A stretch of 64,000 nt of DNA from an uncultured Bacteriovoracaceae bacterium (GTDB lineage Bacteria; Bdellovibrionota; UBA1018), in NCBI GenBank assembly GCA_964364175.1, contig CAYILR010000008.1:32001-96000 (forward strand). Direction: 5' to 3'. Position numbers and translations under genes: made by a program. Every line of letters starts with the position of its first letter. Position 1 is the stretch's first letter. Below, piece after piece: positions 53,543 through 60,194 of this stretch. The notes under the pieces are model-generated. The model did not search any database. It had not been told where the DNA came from and worked only from the letters and a program-made list of their open reading frames with translations.

Positions 53543-53923
53543 ATGACCTCCCGCAACCCACAGAAGGACCTGTCGCTGTCCGTCCGCCTCCGGAACGTGC
53601 TCTACTTCATGGAGATCGACAGCGAAGAGAAGCTCGACGAAGCCCTCGGCTCTGGCCTGCTCCGTACCAAGCGGAACATCGGGCCGAAGTCCATCGCCGA
53701 GGCCGCCGCTTGGCTCAGGGCGCAGTCGTTCGCCGGTATGGAGGACGGAGCCGTGCTCCGGCTCGATGTCGATGAGCGCGGCTGGAAGATCTGGCGTGGT
53801 ATCTCGGCTGTCGAGGACAAGGAACTCGCGCCGATGATGCCGGGACAGGCGCTCGTGTTCATCACAGACGCTTGGCCGGTGGGCACAGTGATCGAGGTCA
53901 GCGTACCAAGAAAGGCAACCTGA
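53543..53923 (+). CDS. protein with an RNA polymerase alpha-subunit CTD-like helix-hairpin-helix domain
   Basis: LSLSVRLRNVLYFMEIDSEEKLDEALGSGLLRTKRNIGPKSIAEAAAWL follows the alpha-CTD pattern LxLSVRxxNCL...L...LL...NxGxKSLxEI. Confidence 0.5.
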   Translation: MTSRNPQKDLSLSVRLRNVLYFMEIDSEEKLDEALGSGLLRTKRNIGPKSIAEAAAWLRAQSFAGMEDGAVLRLDVDERGWKIWRGISAVEDKELAPMMPGQALVFITDAWPVGTVIEVSVPRKAT

Positions 53924-53926
53924 ACC

Positions 53927-55408
53927 ATGCCAGCCAACCTCGACGCCATCATCAAGAAGCTCGCCAAGAAGGTCAAGATCGGTGAGTACGACCCGATGGA
54001 GGTCGTCGAGGCGCTCAACCTCACCGAGCCAGGTTGGACCATCGAGCCCATCACGACGACGATGCAGGCGTCGGGCTACAGCAATCAAAAGGAACGGTTC
54101 GAGCGCTTGTGGGCTGAAGCTCTCAAGCTCGACGTCAGCAGCAAGCACCGCACGGAGTTCACCGACGTCCCACCCGACATGGAGCCCATCGCGCTCCACA
54201 CCGACCATCTGTCCATCCATTGGAAGGAAGGGAACAAGCTCACGCCGAAGCAGGCCGAAGACCAGTTGAAGGATGTCCTCGCCAAGCTGGAGAAGCCACT
54301 CATCAAGGGCAAGACGCTGCCGTCGAACCTCCAGGTCGACGGGCTCTATTTTGCCGGCTTCAAGAAGCCAGATCCCGGCTACCGGGGCGCCAGCGTTGAC
54401 CTCATCAAGCCGAGGCTCGGCGTGCCGGGCTTCCTCATCAAGAGCCCCACGGGCGCGGAGCTTGAGCTTCCGGTGCAGCCCACCGGTCGAGCCGGGCCAG
54501 GCGACCCCACCAAGCTCGCAGCGGCCATGATCTGGACGTGGCTCTACAAAGAGACCGACGCACCGGCGAAGGCAGCCGCGTACCTGGAGAACCCGGAGAC
54601 GCAGGCCCGCCACGGCGCTCAGAGTCGGACGAAGGAGATCGCCGAAGCCGGTGGTGCCGGCAACGTCGGCTCATGTCCCATCTGTGACCGTCTCCAGAAG
54701 CTTGAAAAGAAGCGGACCAGAAGCGGGCACCCCGTCATGGTCCACCACGGCTACAAGCGCCCAGGAACCGGGTACATCTACGGCGACTGCTTCGGCGTCG
54801 GGTACCCTCCCTACGAGCTTTCCGCCGAAGGTTGTGAGGCGTACCTCGTCCAACTGGCTGAGTGGATCAAGAGGCAGAAGGAGCGCGTCGCCAACATCAA
54901 GGCTCGACAGGAGATGGAGTGCTGGCTCGGGATGCCGGAGAGCAAATACCGGCCTGCTGAGGAGTACAAGCTCGTCACGATCCACAAGAACGGCCGCATG
55001 GAGGACCAGGGAGAAGCGCCGCTGACCCGAGATCAGGCCCGGAAGATGATGGGCGTCGGCAAGGATTGGAACGAGCGCCAGGTGCAGCAGAAGTTTTGGG
55101 AGGGAAAGAAGAAGGGCCGGAACTCGCGGGTCGTCAATGCGGATCCCGGTGCTGATCCCGCTGCCATCTTCAACAAGGTGCAGCAGGCTGACCTGAAGGA
55201 AGCTGAGGGCGAGCTTCGGCAGATGGAGAACGACCAAGCTCACTTCGAGAAGAAGATCCGCGATTGGACGCTCCAGCCGCTGCCAGGCACGACGACAGCC
55301 TCGACCCGCATGGACGAGGTGGCCGAGAAGCTCCTAGCCTTCACGACGCCCGAGAAGGTCCGGGCCGCGGTCGAAGAAGCCGCCGACCTCCTGGCCAAGC
55401 TGGAGTGA
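53927..55408 (+). CDS. hypothetical protein (493 aa)
   Basis: Long ORF that starts 4 nt after the upstream stop; contains a CPICD...HHGY...GDCFG cluster. Confidence 0.6.
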   Translation: MPANLDAIIKKLAKKVKIGEYDPMEVVEALNLTEPGWTIEPITTTMQASGYSNQKERFERLWAEALKLDVSSKHRTEFTDVPPDMEPIALHTDHLSIHWKEGNKLTPKQAEDQLKDVLAKLEKPLIKGKTLPSNLQVDGLYFAGFKKPDPGYRGASVDLIKPRLGVPGFLIKSPTGAELELPVQPTGRAGPGDPTKLAAAMIWTWLYKETDAPAKAAAYLENPETQARHGAQSRTKEIAEAGGAGNVGSCPICDRLQKLEKKRTRSGHPVMVHHGYKRPGTGYIYGDCFGVGYPPYELSAEGCEAYLVQLAEWIKRQKERVANIKARQEMECWLGMPESKYRPAEEYKLVTIHKNGRMEDQGEAPLTRDQARKMMGVGKDWNERQVQQKFWEGKKKGRNSRVVNADPGADPAAIFNKVQQADLKEAEGELRQMENDQAHFEKKIRDWTLQPLPGTTTASTRMDEVAEKLLAFTTPEKVRAAVEEAADLLAKLE

Positions 55409-55461
55409 CGCTCGGACAGAGGCCCTGGCCCTCGATCGCAATCCGGGGTAAAGCAGGTGCC

Positions 55462-55716
55462 GTGGACACGACTACGAAGGTGAGGCCGAAGACCAAGCCA
55501 CCGGCTGTTGGTGGTGCCTTGCACATCTGCCCTAACGATCCGCTTGACTCGCTTGACCCGTTCGAGAAGCTCACGGCCTTGTGCGGCGCTGCCTGTTACT
55601 TGTTCAAGAACGGTGACATCATGCCCACGGACTTCGACTTCTATCTTCTGGGCTCCGGCCACGAGGCTGCGACCTGTATGGAGTGCCGCAAAGCGGCCGG
55701 CTTAGGAGCCACATGA
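55462..55716 (+). CDS. hypothetical protein (tentative)
   Basis: GTG at 55462 preceded by AAAGCAGG; only this part of the 150-codon track ORF looks coding. Confidence 0.35.
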   Translation: MDTTTKVRPKTKPPAVGGALHICPNDPLDSLDPFEKLTALCGAACYLFKNGDIMPTDFDFYLLGSGHEAATCMECRKAAGLGAT

Positions 55717-55927
55717 GCGCGATCGACTCCGATGCGAACGGCATGACCAGGGAGATAACAACGTGTGGGTCATCGACGAAGCCTTGGCCAAATTCAGAGA
55801 GGTCAACCCTGGGCGCTAACCGCCCGAGGCCCTGAACGTAGCATCCGGTAAGGTGGGGCAACGGATGCACGAAATACCAGCGACGCCGGGTAGCTCCTCA
55901 CCGACCCGGCAATCATCGAAAGGGAGT

Positions 55928-56308
55928 ATGTCTCTCGGACACATTGAGTATTGTTCAAGATGCGGCAAAGACGTCAACGGCACTGGGCTTGGCTGTCGAG
56001 CCCATGGCCCGTCGATGGCAAGCGCAACAAGGAGCGCTGTGCTCGCGCAAGTCCTACGCTCTCCTGAGCTTCTGGAGGAGATGGCGGCGCTGGAACACCT
56101 CCGTTGGTCGGGCTGGGAGACGTACCGAGAGTCCATCTTGGAGAAGGGCGACCGCCGTAAGCCAGAGGACCCGGAGACGCACCTGGAGCGCTGGAAGAGG
56201 CTGCGTGAGACGCCGTACCGGGACCTCACCGAAGCCGAGAAGGAGAGCGATCGAGTCGAAGCCCGAAAGACCCGAGATCTCATCATCGTGGCTCTGGGAC
56301 TGGAATGA
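55928..56308 (+). CDS. RyR-domain-like protein (tentative)
   Basis: [17 protein letters not shown]...[31 protein letters not shown] resembles the RyR repeat pattern. ATG at 55928 is preceded by GAAAGGGAG; the ORF is open from 55853. Confidence 0.45.
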   Translation: MSLGHIEYCSRCGKDVNGTGLGCRAHGPSMASATRSAVLAQVLRSPELLEEMAALEHLRWSGWETYRESILEKGDRRKPEDPETHLERWKRLRETPYRDLTEAEKESDRVEARKTRDLIIVALGLE

Positions 56309-56643
56309 CACGGCCCATCCCGCCAGAGGCCATGCACTACGGGGACGCCGTGCGCCTCCTGCGGGAAGCGCAGCGTATGACCCTGCGGGCTCTCGCTAGG
56401 AAGGTCGGGCTCTCGGCCCCGTTCCTCTCGGACCTGGAACACGGCCGCCGTCGAACGGACCATCACGAAGCCCTCGCCGCCGCGCTCGACGTCGATGAGG
56501 CCGAGCTTCGAGCCCTCGACGGCCGCATCACCCAGGCCATGAAGGACTGGATGGAGAAGAACCCCAAGCTCGTCGCCTTCTTGGAGGAGTGCCGGAAGCG
56601 GCGAGTCGATCCGATGAACCTGGTGCTCAGAGAGACCACATGA
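56305..56643 (+). CDS. XRE-family helix-turn-helix regulator
   Basis: [34 protein letters not shown] is a typical Cro/C1 HTH. Confidence 0.65.
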   Translation: MTRPIPPEAMHYGDAVRLLREAQRMTLRALARKVGLSAPFLSDLEHGRRRTDHHEALAAALDVDEAELRALDGRITQAMKDWMEKNPKLVAFLEECRKRRVDPMNLVLRETT

Positions 56644-56951
56644 ACATCTGGGACAAGCCGTACATGGAGCACGGGCCGACCATCACCACGACGGCAAACA
56701 CACAGCTTGCTGACGGCACCGATGTTCCGGTGCGGGGCGTGGACCTGGCTATGCTCCAGCGTCTGGTGGATGTGGTTGGGGTGGAACGCGCAAACGCGAT
56801 GCTGACGGGGGAGCCGCTTTCCGCTCCCCCGTCAGCACCTACGCGCATCCCGACTAGGAATGAGCTACCTCGTATCAGTGACATCCCGAAGTACCGACGC
56901 AGACCAGCGGTCGGAGGGCCGAGCACCTCGGTGGCCATCCCATGCCTATGA
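56640..56951 (+). CDS. hypothetical protein
   Basis: The ATG at 56640 overlaps the upstream stop as ATGA. Confidence 0.45.
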   Translation: MNIWDKPYMEHGPTITTTANTQLADGTDVPVRGVDLAMLQRLVDVVGVERANAMLTGEPLSAPPSAPTRIPTRNELPRISDIPKYRRRPAVGGPSTSVAIPCL

Positions 56952-57622
56952 CCAATGACGTCAAGACCCAGCGAGATGAGCGACAAGCCACCGTGGCCAA
57001 GTGGTGCGCCGAGGCATTCGGCCAGGACCACGCCTCGTCGCTGCCCCAGCGTGGTCTGAGGCTCTTGGAGGAGGCACTTGAAGCCGCGCAAGCCGCTGGT
57101 GTTCCGCTGGCTCAGGCGCATCACGTCGTCGACTACGTCTACGGACGGCCGGTTGGGGAGCTTCAACAGGAGCTTGGTGGCATCGGCGTGACGGTTCTCG
57201 CCCTCGCAGCCGCGGCCGGGCTTTCGGCCGAAGAGGCTGAGGCTCGGGAGGTGGCGCGCGTCCTATCGAAACCGATAGAGCACTTCCGCCGTCGCAACAT
57301 CGAGAAAAACGAAGCGGGCCTCGAAGCTCGCCCCGACGCAGCCACCAGGCTCAACGCCGAGGCCGAGATGCTCAACAAGCTGGTGATCACGCTGCGCGAA
57401 ACGAGGCAACGAGACGCCGCCAAGATCGCGAAGCTTAAGAAGGCGCTCGAAGCTGGTCCGGCCCGGCTTCGGGAGATGGCCGACGACTACGACCGGAAGC
57501 TGCTATTGCACGACTTTTCCAAGGCCCGGTCTTCAGAAATGGCCGCGTTGATTCGATCTGCCGACCTCATCAACGCGGCGCTCCACGTCGAGGCTGCTCA
57601 GGAAAAGGCGATGGAGCCGTGA
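56942..57622 (+). CDS. hypothetical protein (possibly MazG-like all-alpha NTP pyrophosphohydrolase)
   Basis: LRLLEEALEAAQAAG...ELQQELGGIGVTVLALAA weakly fits the EExxE pattern of MazG-type proteins. Confidence 0.4.
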   Translation: MPMTNDVKTQRDERQATVAKWCAEAFGQDHASSLPQRGLRLLEEALEAAQAAGVPLAQAHHVVDYVYGRPVGELQQELGGIGVTVLALAAAAGLSAEEAEAREVARVLSKPIEHFRRRNIEKNEAGLEARPDAATRLNAEAEMLNKLVITLRETRQRDAAKIAKLKKALEAGPARLREMADDYDRKLLLHDFSKARSSEMAALIRSADLINAALHVEAAQEKAMEP

Positions 57623-57819
57623 TGCTTCTTCACTGCTACGTCTACATGCTTCGGCGCGGTCCTCGATTTCCCGGTGGGCCGGGGCACTTCATCGACTACG
57701 TCTACGAGCGCACCTGTGGCACCGAGCAGGACGCCAAGGACCGCGTGGCTGAGCTTAGGAGCCGTGGTGAGGAGGCCCTCTACCTCATCAACCACACCAT
57801 CCGAGGCGCGTTTTACTGA
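57619..57819 (+). CDS. hypothetical protein
   Basis: 66-codon ORF overlapping the upstream stop. Confidence 0.45.
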   Translation: MMLLHCYVYMLRRGPRFPGGPGHFIDYVYERTCGTEQDAKDRVAELRSRGEEALYLINHTIRGAFY

Positions 57820-58103
57820 TGAGCACAACATTTCACTTCGTCCGCTCAGTTTCCATTCAGCAGATGGCACAAGCCGTCGATGGACGGCTAGAGCAGCAAC
57901 CTCCGGTTGGAGGCGAACCACATTGGCTGTTGTCCTGGCGTGGAAAAGAATTGGGTCGTGAGTCGTTGGCCGTCTACCTGACTGTTCGGCCAGACGGATC
58001 TGTCGATGTCGATCAGGGCTACACACCGTACTTCTCCGGTCATTGGGAATTGAGGGAGGCGTTGGTAGCCGCTGGTCTTCCAAAGGAAGACTACACTTCA
58101 TGA
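57819..58103 (+). CDS. hypothetical protein
   Basis: 94-codon ORF overlapping the upstream stop. Confidence 0.45.
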   Translation: MSTTFHFVRSVSIQQMAQAVDGRLEQQPPVGGEPHWLLSWRGKELGRESLAVYLTVRPDGSVDVDQGYTPYFSGHWELREALVAAGLPKEDYTS

Positions 58104-58387
58104 AGAAGCACTACGCGACCAGGGGCACTCGTGGATTTCCCCTTTGTGGGGCGGAGCCGTCATTGCCGTTCCTCCCGACGAAGCGGGCCAAGGACGTGAC
58201 GTGTCTGCGATGCAAGAAGCGCCTGAAGAAACAGCCTCGGGTGTTGTCGTCGTGGATGAAGGGCAAGACGCAGAGCCGGAAGGTCGGCAAGGTGCCGAGG
58301 TGGGTGGTGGCTCGGTTGCCGCATCCCAACTCGGTTGCGGCGCGGATGATCCTCATCAGAGGGAACCCATGGGCGGGGTGCCAATGA
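58100..58387 (+). CDS. basic protein with CxxC pairs
   Basis: The ATG at 58100 overlaps the upstream stop as ATGA; contains FPLCG...CLRCKK. Confidence 0.45.
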   Translation: MKKHYATRGTRGFPLCGAEPSLPFLPTKRAKDVTCLRCKKRLKKQPRVLSSWMKGKTQSRKVGKVPRWVVARLPHPNSVAARMILIRGNPWAGCQ

Positions 58388-58557
58388 GAACCTGGCTCTT
58401 GTGCTGGGACGACGTTCCTGAGGCCGTCATCGTCGCCAAAGATGATGAAGAGGCTGAGCGGCTCGTCTACAAGCACCACCTCAAGGACGTTGAGCGTGGG
58501 ACCGTCCGCCACTGGTCATGGCGCGAGCTTCCGTCCATCGAGGGACTGGATGCGTAG
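58384..58557 (+). CDS. 57-aa hypothetical protein
   Basis: The ATG at 58384 overlaps the upstream stop as ATGA. Confidence 0.4.
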   Translation: MRTWLLCWDDVPEAVIVAKDDEEAERLVYKHHLKDVERGTVRHWSWRELPSIEGLDA

Positions 58558-58822
58558 GACAGTCTCACAGGAGGTCATGGACGCCGCCCGCGGCGACCCA
58601 CGGGGCGAGGCCCGATCGGCCGCCTGGGTGGCGTACAGCGCGCGCCAGGCCGAGACCAACGCTCAGGGCTGGGACCCACCGGGGCCACCGTCGCCGTGGA
58701 CCATCGAGAGCCGACCTGTTCGGCCGGTGACGTTCCGGGTCACTGACATCCGGCCGTGGGAGCCGTCGTTCGTGGCTGTACCTGCGGATCCGGGGCCTTG
58801 GAATACGAAACGCAAAGGTTGA
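58550..58822 (+). CDS. hypothetical protein
   Basis: ATG at 58550 overlapping the upstream 3' end; 90 codons. Confidence 0.4.
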   Translation: MRRTVSQEVMDAARGDPRGEARSAAWVAYSARQAETNAQGWDPPGPPSPWTIESRPVRPVTFRVTDIRPWEPSFVAVPADPGPWNTKRKG

Positions 58823-58833
58823 TTGAGAAACAA

Positions 58834-58918
58834 CGGAGAAAGGTGGAGTCGAACCACTCACGCTTGCGCGTGTCTCGGTTTAGCAGACCGATGCCAGACC
58901 GCTCCGGCGACATTCTCC
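58834..58918 (-). tRNA. tRNA-Ser (anticodon GCT), class II
   Basis: Hand fold of the reverse complement gives anticodon arm TCGGT CTGCTAA ACCGA, a long variable arm, and T-loop TTCGACT. There are mismatches at 7:66 and 49:65, and CCA is not encoded. Confidence 0.75.
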
Positions 58919-58972
58919 CCAATGCGCCATGCTTCTTTACACGGAAGAAGCTGGCGCCCCAGATAGACCTTC

Positions 58973-59060
58973 TGGCGGGTCAGGCAGGATTTGAACCTGC
59001 GGCACCCGAAGGTGCTCTTGTTTTCAAGACAAGCGCCTTAAGCCGCTCGGCCACTGACCC
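58973..59060 (-). tRNA. tRNA-Ser (anticodon TGA), class II
   Basis: GGGTCAG acceptor, anticodon arm CTTGT CTTGAAA ACAAG, variable arm AGCACCTTCGGGTGCCG, T-arm GCAGG TTCAAAT CCTGC, G73, and CCA encoded. Confidence 0.9.
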
Positions 59061-59069
59061 AAAAACTGA

Positions 59070-59156
59070 AGGAAGACTGAGCAGTCGAAGCCCAAGCCCT
59101 TGTGAGGCTCCCATCGCGTTCGAAGCGAGTCCGGCGCCCTGTCCGGTTAGTCTTCC
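59070..59156 (-). tRNA. tRNA-Ser (anticodon CGA), class II
   Basis: GGAAGAC/GTCTTCC acceptor, anticodon loop TTCGAAC, long variable arm, T-arm TGGGC TTCGACT GCTCA. CCA is not encoded. Confidence 0.75.
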
Positions 59157-59167
59157 ATACCTATCAA

Positions 59168-59255
59168 TGGCGGACAGCGTGGGTCACGATCCCAACACCC
59201 AAAGGTGCCGCTCGATTTCCAGTCGAGGGTCAGCCCAAGCCAGACTTCACTGTCC
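59168..59255 (-). tRNA. tRNA-Ser (anticodon GGA), class II
   Basis: GGACAGT/GCTGTCC acceptor, anticodon arm CTCGA CTGGAAA TCGAG, long variable arm, G73, and CCA encoded. The T-loop ATCGTGA is unusual. Confidence 0.8.
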
Positions 59256-59276
59256 ATACCTGTGAACAGAACACGA

Positions 59277-59365
59277 TGACGGTGGCGGGAGTCGAACCCG
59301 CGAGTACCTTGCGGCTAGTCCTCGCGTTTAGGGCGAGCGCCTTGTCCACCTTGGCTTGCACCGTC
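59277..59365 (-). tRNA. tRNA-Leu (anticodon TAA), class II, C at position 33
   Basis: Perfect acceptor GACGGTG/CACCGTC, anticodon arm CTCGC CCTAAAC GCGAG, long variable arm, T-arm GCGGG TTCGACT CCCGC, A73. CCA is not encoded. Confidence 0.75.
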
Positions 59366-59373
59366 GTTGAGAA

Positions 59374-59533
59374 GCTCGAAGAACAAGTGTTGAAACCGGA
59401 TATGCCTTTCGGCTACGCCGCGTCTTCCAATTCCGCCATACCTCCGTTGGTGGAGGCACCAGGATTTGAACCAATGGACGAGCTTTCGCTCAGCGTATTT
59501 TACAGATAACCAGTTGTCGTCGGTTCTTCGAGC
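59374..59533 (-). ncRNA. permuted tRNA-Tyr-like element or YrlA-like tRNA mimic, bracketed by an 11-bp inverted repeat
   Basis: The minus strand reads, in order: GCTCGAAGAAC (59533-59523); a spacer; CTGTAAAA then TACGC; variable hairpin GAGC GAAA GCTC; T-arm with TTCAAAT; TGCCTCC A CCA; AC; GGAGGTA TG GCG GAATTGGAAGA CGC G GCGTA; hairpin GCC GAAA GGC; a spacer; GTTCTTCGAGC (59384-59374). GCGTA pairs with TACGC, and GGAGGTA pairs with TGCCTCC. Confidence 0.55.
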
Positions 59534-59546
59534 AAGAAACAGAAAC

Positions 59547-59666
59547 AGAGAGCAAGTGGCGTCAGTGGAAGTTGGCACCGCGCCTACGGCCCTTTACAGG
59601 GGCCGCACTGGGAGTCGAACCCAGCGATCTCCGTTGTGTAGATAATCCACAGAACATCGGCTCTCT
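59547..59666 (-). ncRNA. structured tRNA-like element (7-bp closing stem plus four hairpins); identity unknown
   Basis: The AGAGAGC/GCTCTCT closing stem encloses an irregular hairpin, a canonical T-arm CTGGG TTCGACT CCCAG, a 7-bp hairpin with loop CTGTAAA, and a 9-bp hairpin. It does not fold into a cloverleaf on either strand. Confidence 0.4.
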
Positions 59667-59670
59667 TGAC

Positions 59671-59755
59671 TGGTGCGCAAGGCGGGACTCGAACCCACAC
59701 GCCCGAAGGCACTCGACTCTGAATCGAGCAAGACTACCAGTTCCATCACTTGCGC
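59671..59755 (-). tRNA. tRNA-Leu (anticodon CAG), class II
   Basis: GCGCAAG/CTTGCGC acceptor, anticodon arm CTCGA TTCAGAG TCGAG, variable arm TGCCTTCGGGCGT, T-loop TTCGAGT, A73, and CCA encoded. Confidence 0.9.
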
Positions 59756-59762
59756 AAGAACA

Positions 59763-59825
59763 AGCTCGTATGAGGACTCGAACCTCGTTCCCCTTCGGGA
59801 CGCCTCCTGCGCGCTGGCTACGAGC
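59763..59825 (-). ncRNA. 62-nt tRNA-like element lacking an anticodon loop
   Basis: GCTCGTA/TACGAGC acceptor (extendable to 10 bp), D-like hairpin GCC AGCGCGCAGGA GGC, a 4-bp stem with GAAG tetraloop (TCCC GAAG GGGA) where the anticodon arm should be, and T-arm GAGG TTCGAGT CCTC. Confidence 0.45.
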
Positions 59826-59829
59826 TTGA

Positions 59830-59914
59830 TGGTGCGTGAGGCGGGAGTCGAACCCGCACGTCCGAAGACACTAGGCTCTCGACCTAGCAAGGCTACCAGT
59901 TACATCACTCACGC
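59830..59914 (-). tRNA. tRNA-Leu (anticodon GAG), class II, C at position 33
   Basis: GCGTGAG/CTCACGC acceptor, anticodon arm CTAGG TCGAGAG CCTAG, variable arm, T-arm GCGGG TTCGACT CCCGC, A73, and CCA encoded. Confidence 0.85.
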
Positions 59915-59922
59915 ACACAAAA

Positions 59923-60010
59923 TGGTGGGAGAGGCCGGACTCGAACCGGCTCAGTCACAAGGACAACAGTTTTACAGACTGCCATAGCTCGCCATCTCTA
60001 TCGCTCTCCC
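59923..60010 (-). tRNA. tRNA-Tyr (anticodon GTA), class II
   Basis: GGGAGAG/CTCTCCC acceptor, D-arm ATAG/CTAT, anticodon arm GCAGT CTGTAAA ACTGT, 15-nt variable arm, T-arm GCCGG TTCGAGT CCGGC, A73, and CCA encoded. Confidence 0.9.
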
Positions 60011-60015
60011 GAAGT

Positions 60016-60100
60016 TGGTGCAGTGTGATGGAGTCGAACCACCCGAGCCGAAGCACCTGGGTTACAACCAGGCCCGCTACCCCTACGGTGTTAACACTGC
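60016..60100 (-). tRNA. second tRNA with anticodon GTA (Tyr), class II, Leu-like body
   Basis: GCAGTGT/ACACTGC acceptor, anticodon arm CCTGG TTGTAAC CCAGG, variable arm TGCTTCGGCTCG, T-arm GGTGG TTCGACT CCATC, A73, and CCA encoded. The D-stem is weak. Confidence 0.8.
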
Positions 60101-60105
60101 ATAGT

Positions 60106-60190
60106 TGGTGCGAGCGGCGGGAATCGAACCCGCATGACTTTCGTCGCAGGAGTCTAGATCCTGGGTGTCTGCCAGTTCCACCACGCTCGC
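60106..60190 (-). tRNA. tRNA-Leu (anticodon TAG), class II, C at position 33
   Basis: GCGAGCG/CGCTCGC acceptor, D-stem GTG/CAC, anticodon arm CAGGA TCTAGAC TCCTG, variable arm, T-arm GCGGG TTCGATT CCCGC, A73, and CCA encoded. Confidence 0.85.
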
Positions 60191-60194
60191 ATGT

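Noticed and set aside
53207-54613. 468-codon minus-strand ORF, and similar antisense ORFs at 37283-38179, 38233-39027 and 51959-52639
   Set aside because: Each lies opposite a gene with recognisable motifs (bL12-like, RtcB, ATP-grasp, ArdC-like) and is rich in Arg, Leu, Gly, Asp and Val, as expected for antisense frames.
59547-59666. Plus-strand reading of this element as a tRNA-Val (loop TTTACAG, D-like loop GAAGTTGG)
   Set aside because: On the plus strand the would-be T-loop reads AGTCGAA, which is the complement of a T-loop. The arm order also does not give a cloverleaf.
60106-60190. Reading the loop TCTAGAC as a CTA (amber suppressor) anticodon
   Set aside because: It would require shifting the anticodon stem register, which breaks three of the five base pairs. 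The 5-bp stem CAGGA/TCCTG fixes the anticodon as TAG.
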